Shown here one piece after another: positions 63,723 to 64,000 of a stretch of 64,000 bases of DNA. The DNA lies in assembly GCA_043228905.1 (NCBI GenBank), contig JBHGNT010000016.1, positions 8,370,001-8,434,000 of the forward strand, given 5' to 3'. Position numbers and translations under genes: made by a program. Source of the stretch: Azolla caroliniana. Lineage: Eukaryota; Plantae; Polypodiophyta. Below the pieces are notes generated by a model. It was not told the origin of the DNA, made no database searches, and worked only from the letters and a program-made list of their open reading frames with translations. Each line of letters starts with the position of its first letter. The first letter of the stretch is position 1.

Positions 63723-64000
63723 TGTGATGATTGCAATGCAGCAGAAGGTGAACGTAGATGTGTGTATGTGTAACAACAAAGAGAGAGATAGAGATAGAGA
63801 GCTCAAGAGACAGAGATAGACAAAGCGTATATTATATTAACGAAATAAAATACATCCAACATTAACTAAGTTACAATGAGTTGGTTTATATACCAACTAA
63901 GCTAGGGCAAGCACCCTTTCTACTATTTACAAAACTAGCCTGGAATGTCCATGAGCTAGAGTGAAACCTATCTATGGGAAGTTGAGTTCGATTCTCAACA
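63723..64000 (-). repeat. Probable Copia-family LTR inserted in M at the window edge
   Basis: Starts TG; ends GTTGAGTTCGATTCTCAACA like the J/A-family LTR termini. Confidence 0.6.

Overview
Eukaryotic plant DNA, probably from a non-seed land plant (inferred from Tcn1-like chromoviruses and a Sola-like transposase relic). It is a deeply nested transposon pile with no intact host gene. Target-site duplications (TSDs) resolve most of the layers. An intact young Ty1/Copia (3369-8539) sits in the 3' LTR of an older Copia. A 27.5-kb minus-strand Copia (15965-43479) sits in the gag of another Copia and contains a Tat-like Gypsy relic, a hAT transposon (itself holding a Copia), an RT-less Copia and a solo LTR. 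An intact young self-priming chromovirus (57396-63166) sits in an older one. Most interesting: (1) a small non-autonomous LTR element (47501-50385) with tRNA-Arg primer-binding sites (PBS) facing inward at both LTR junctions, no polypurine tract (PPT), and captured NRAMP and beta-tubulin fragments; (2) a tRNA-spaced Pol III A-box/B-box cassette, antisense at the U3 edge of three diverged chromovirus LTRs; (3) a Copia family with two PPT-like motifs bracketing a conserved in-frame charged extension of RNase H. All coordinates were read by eye, and boundaries without a TSD are approximate.
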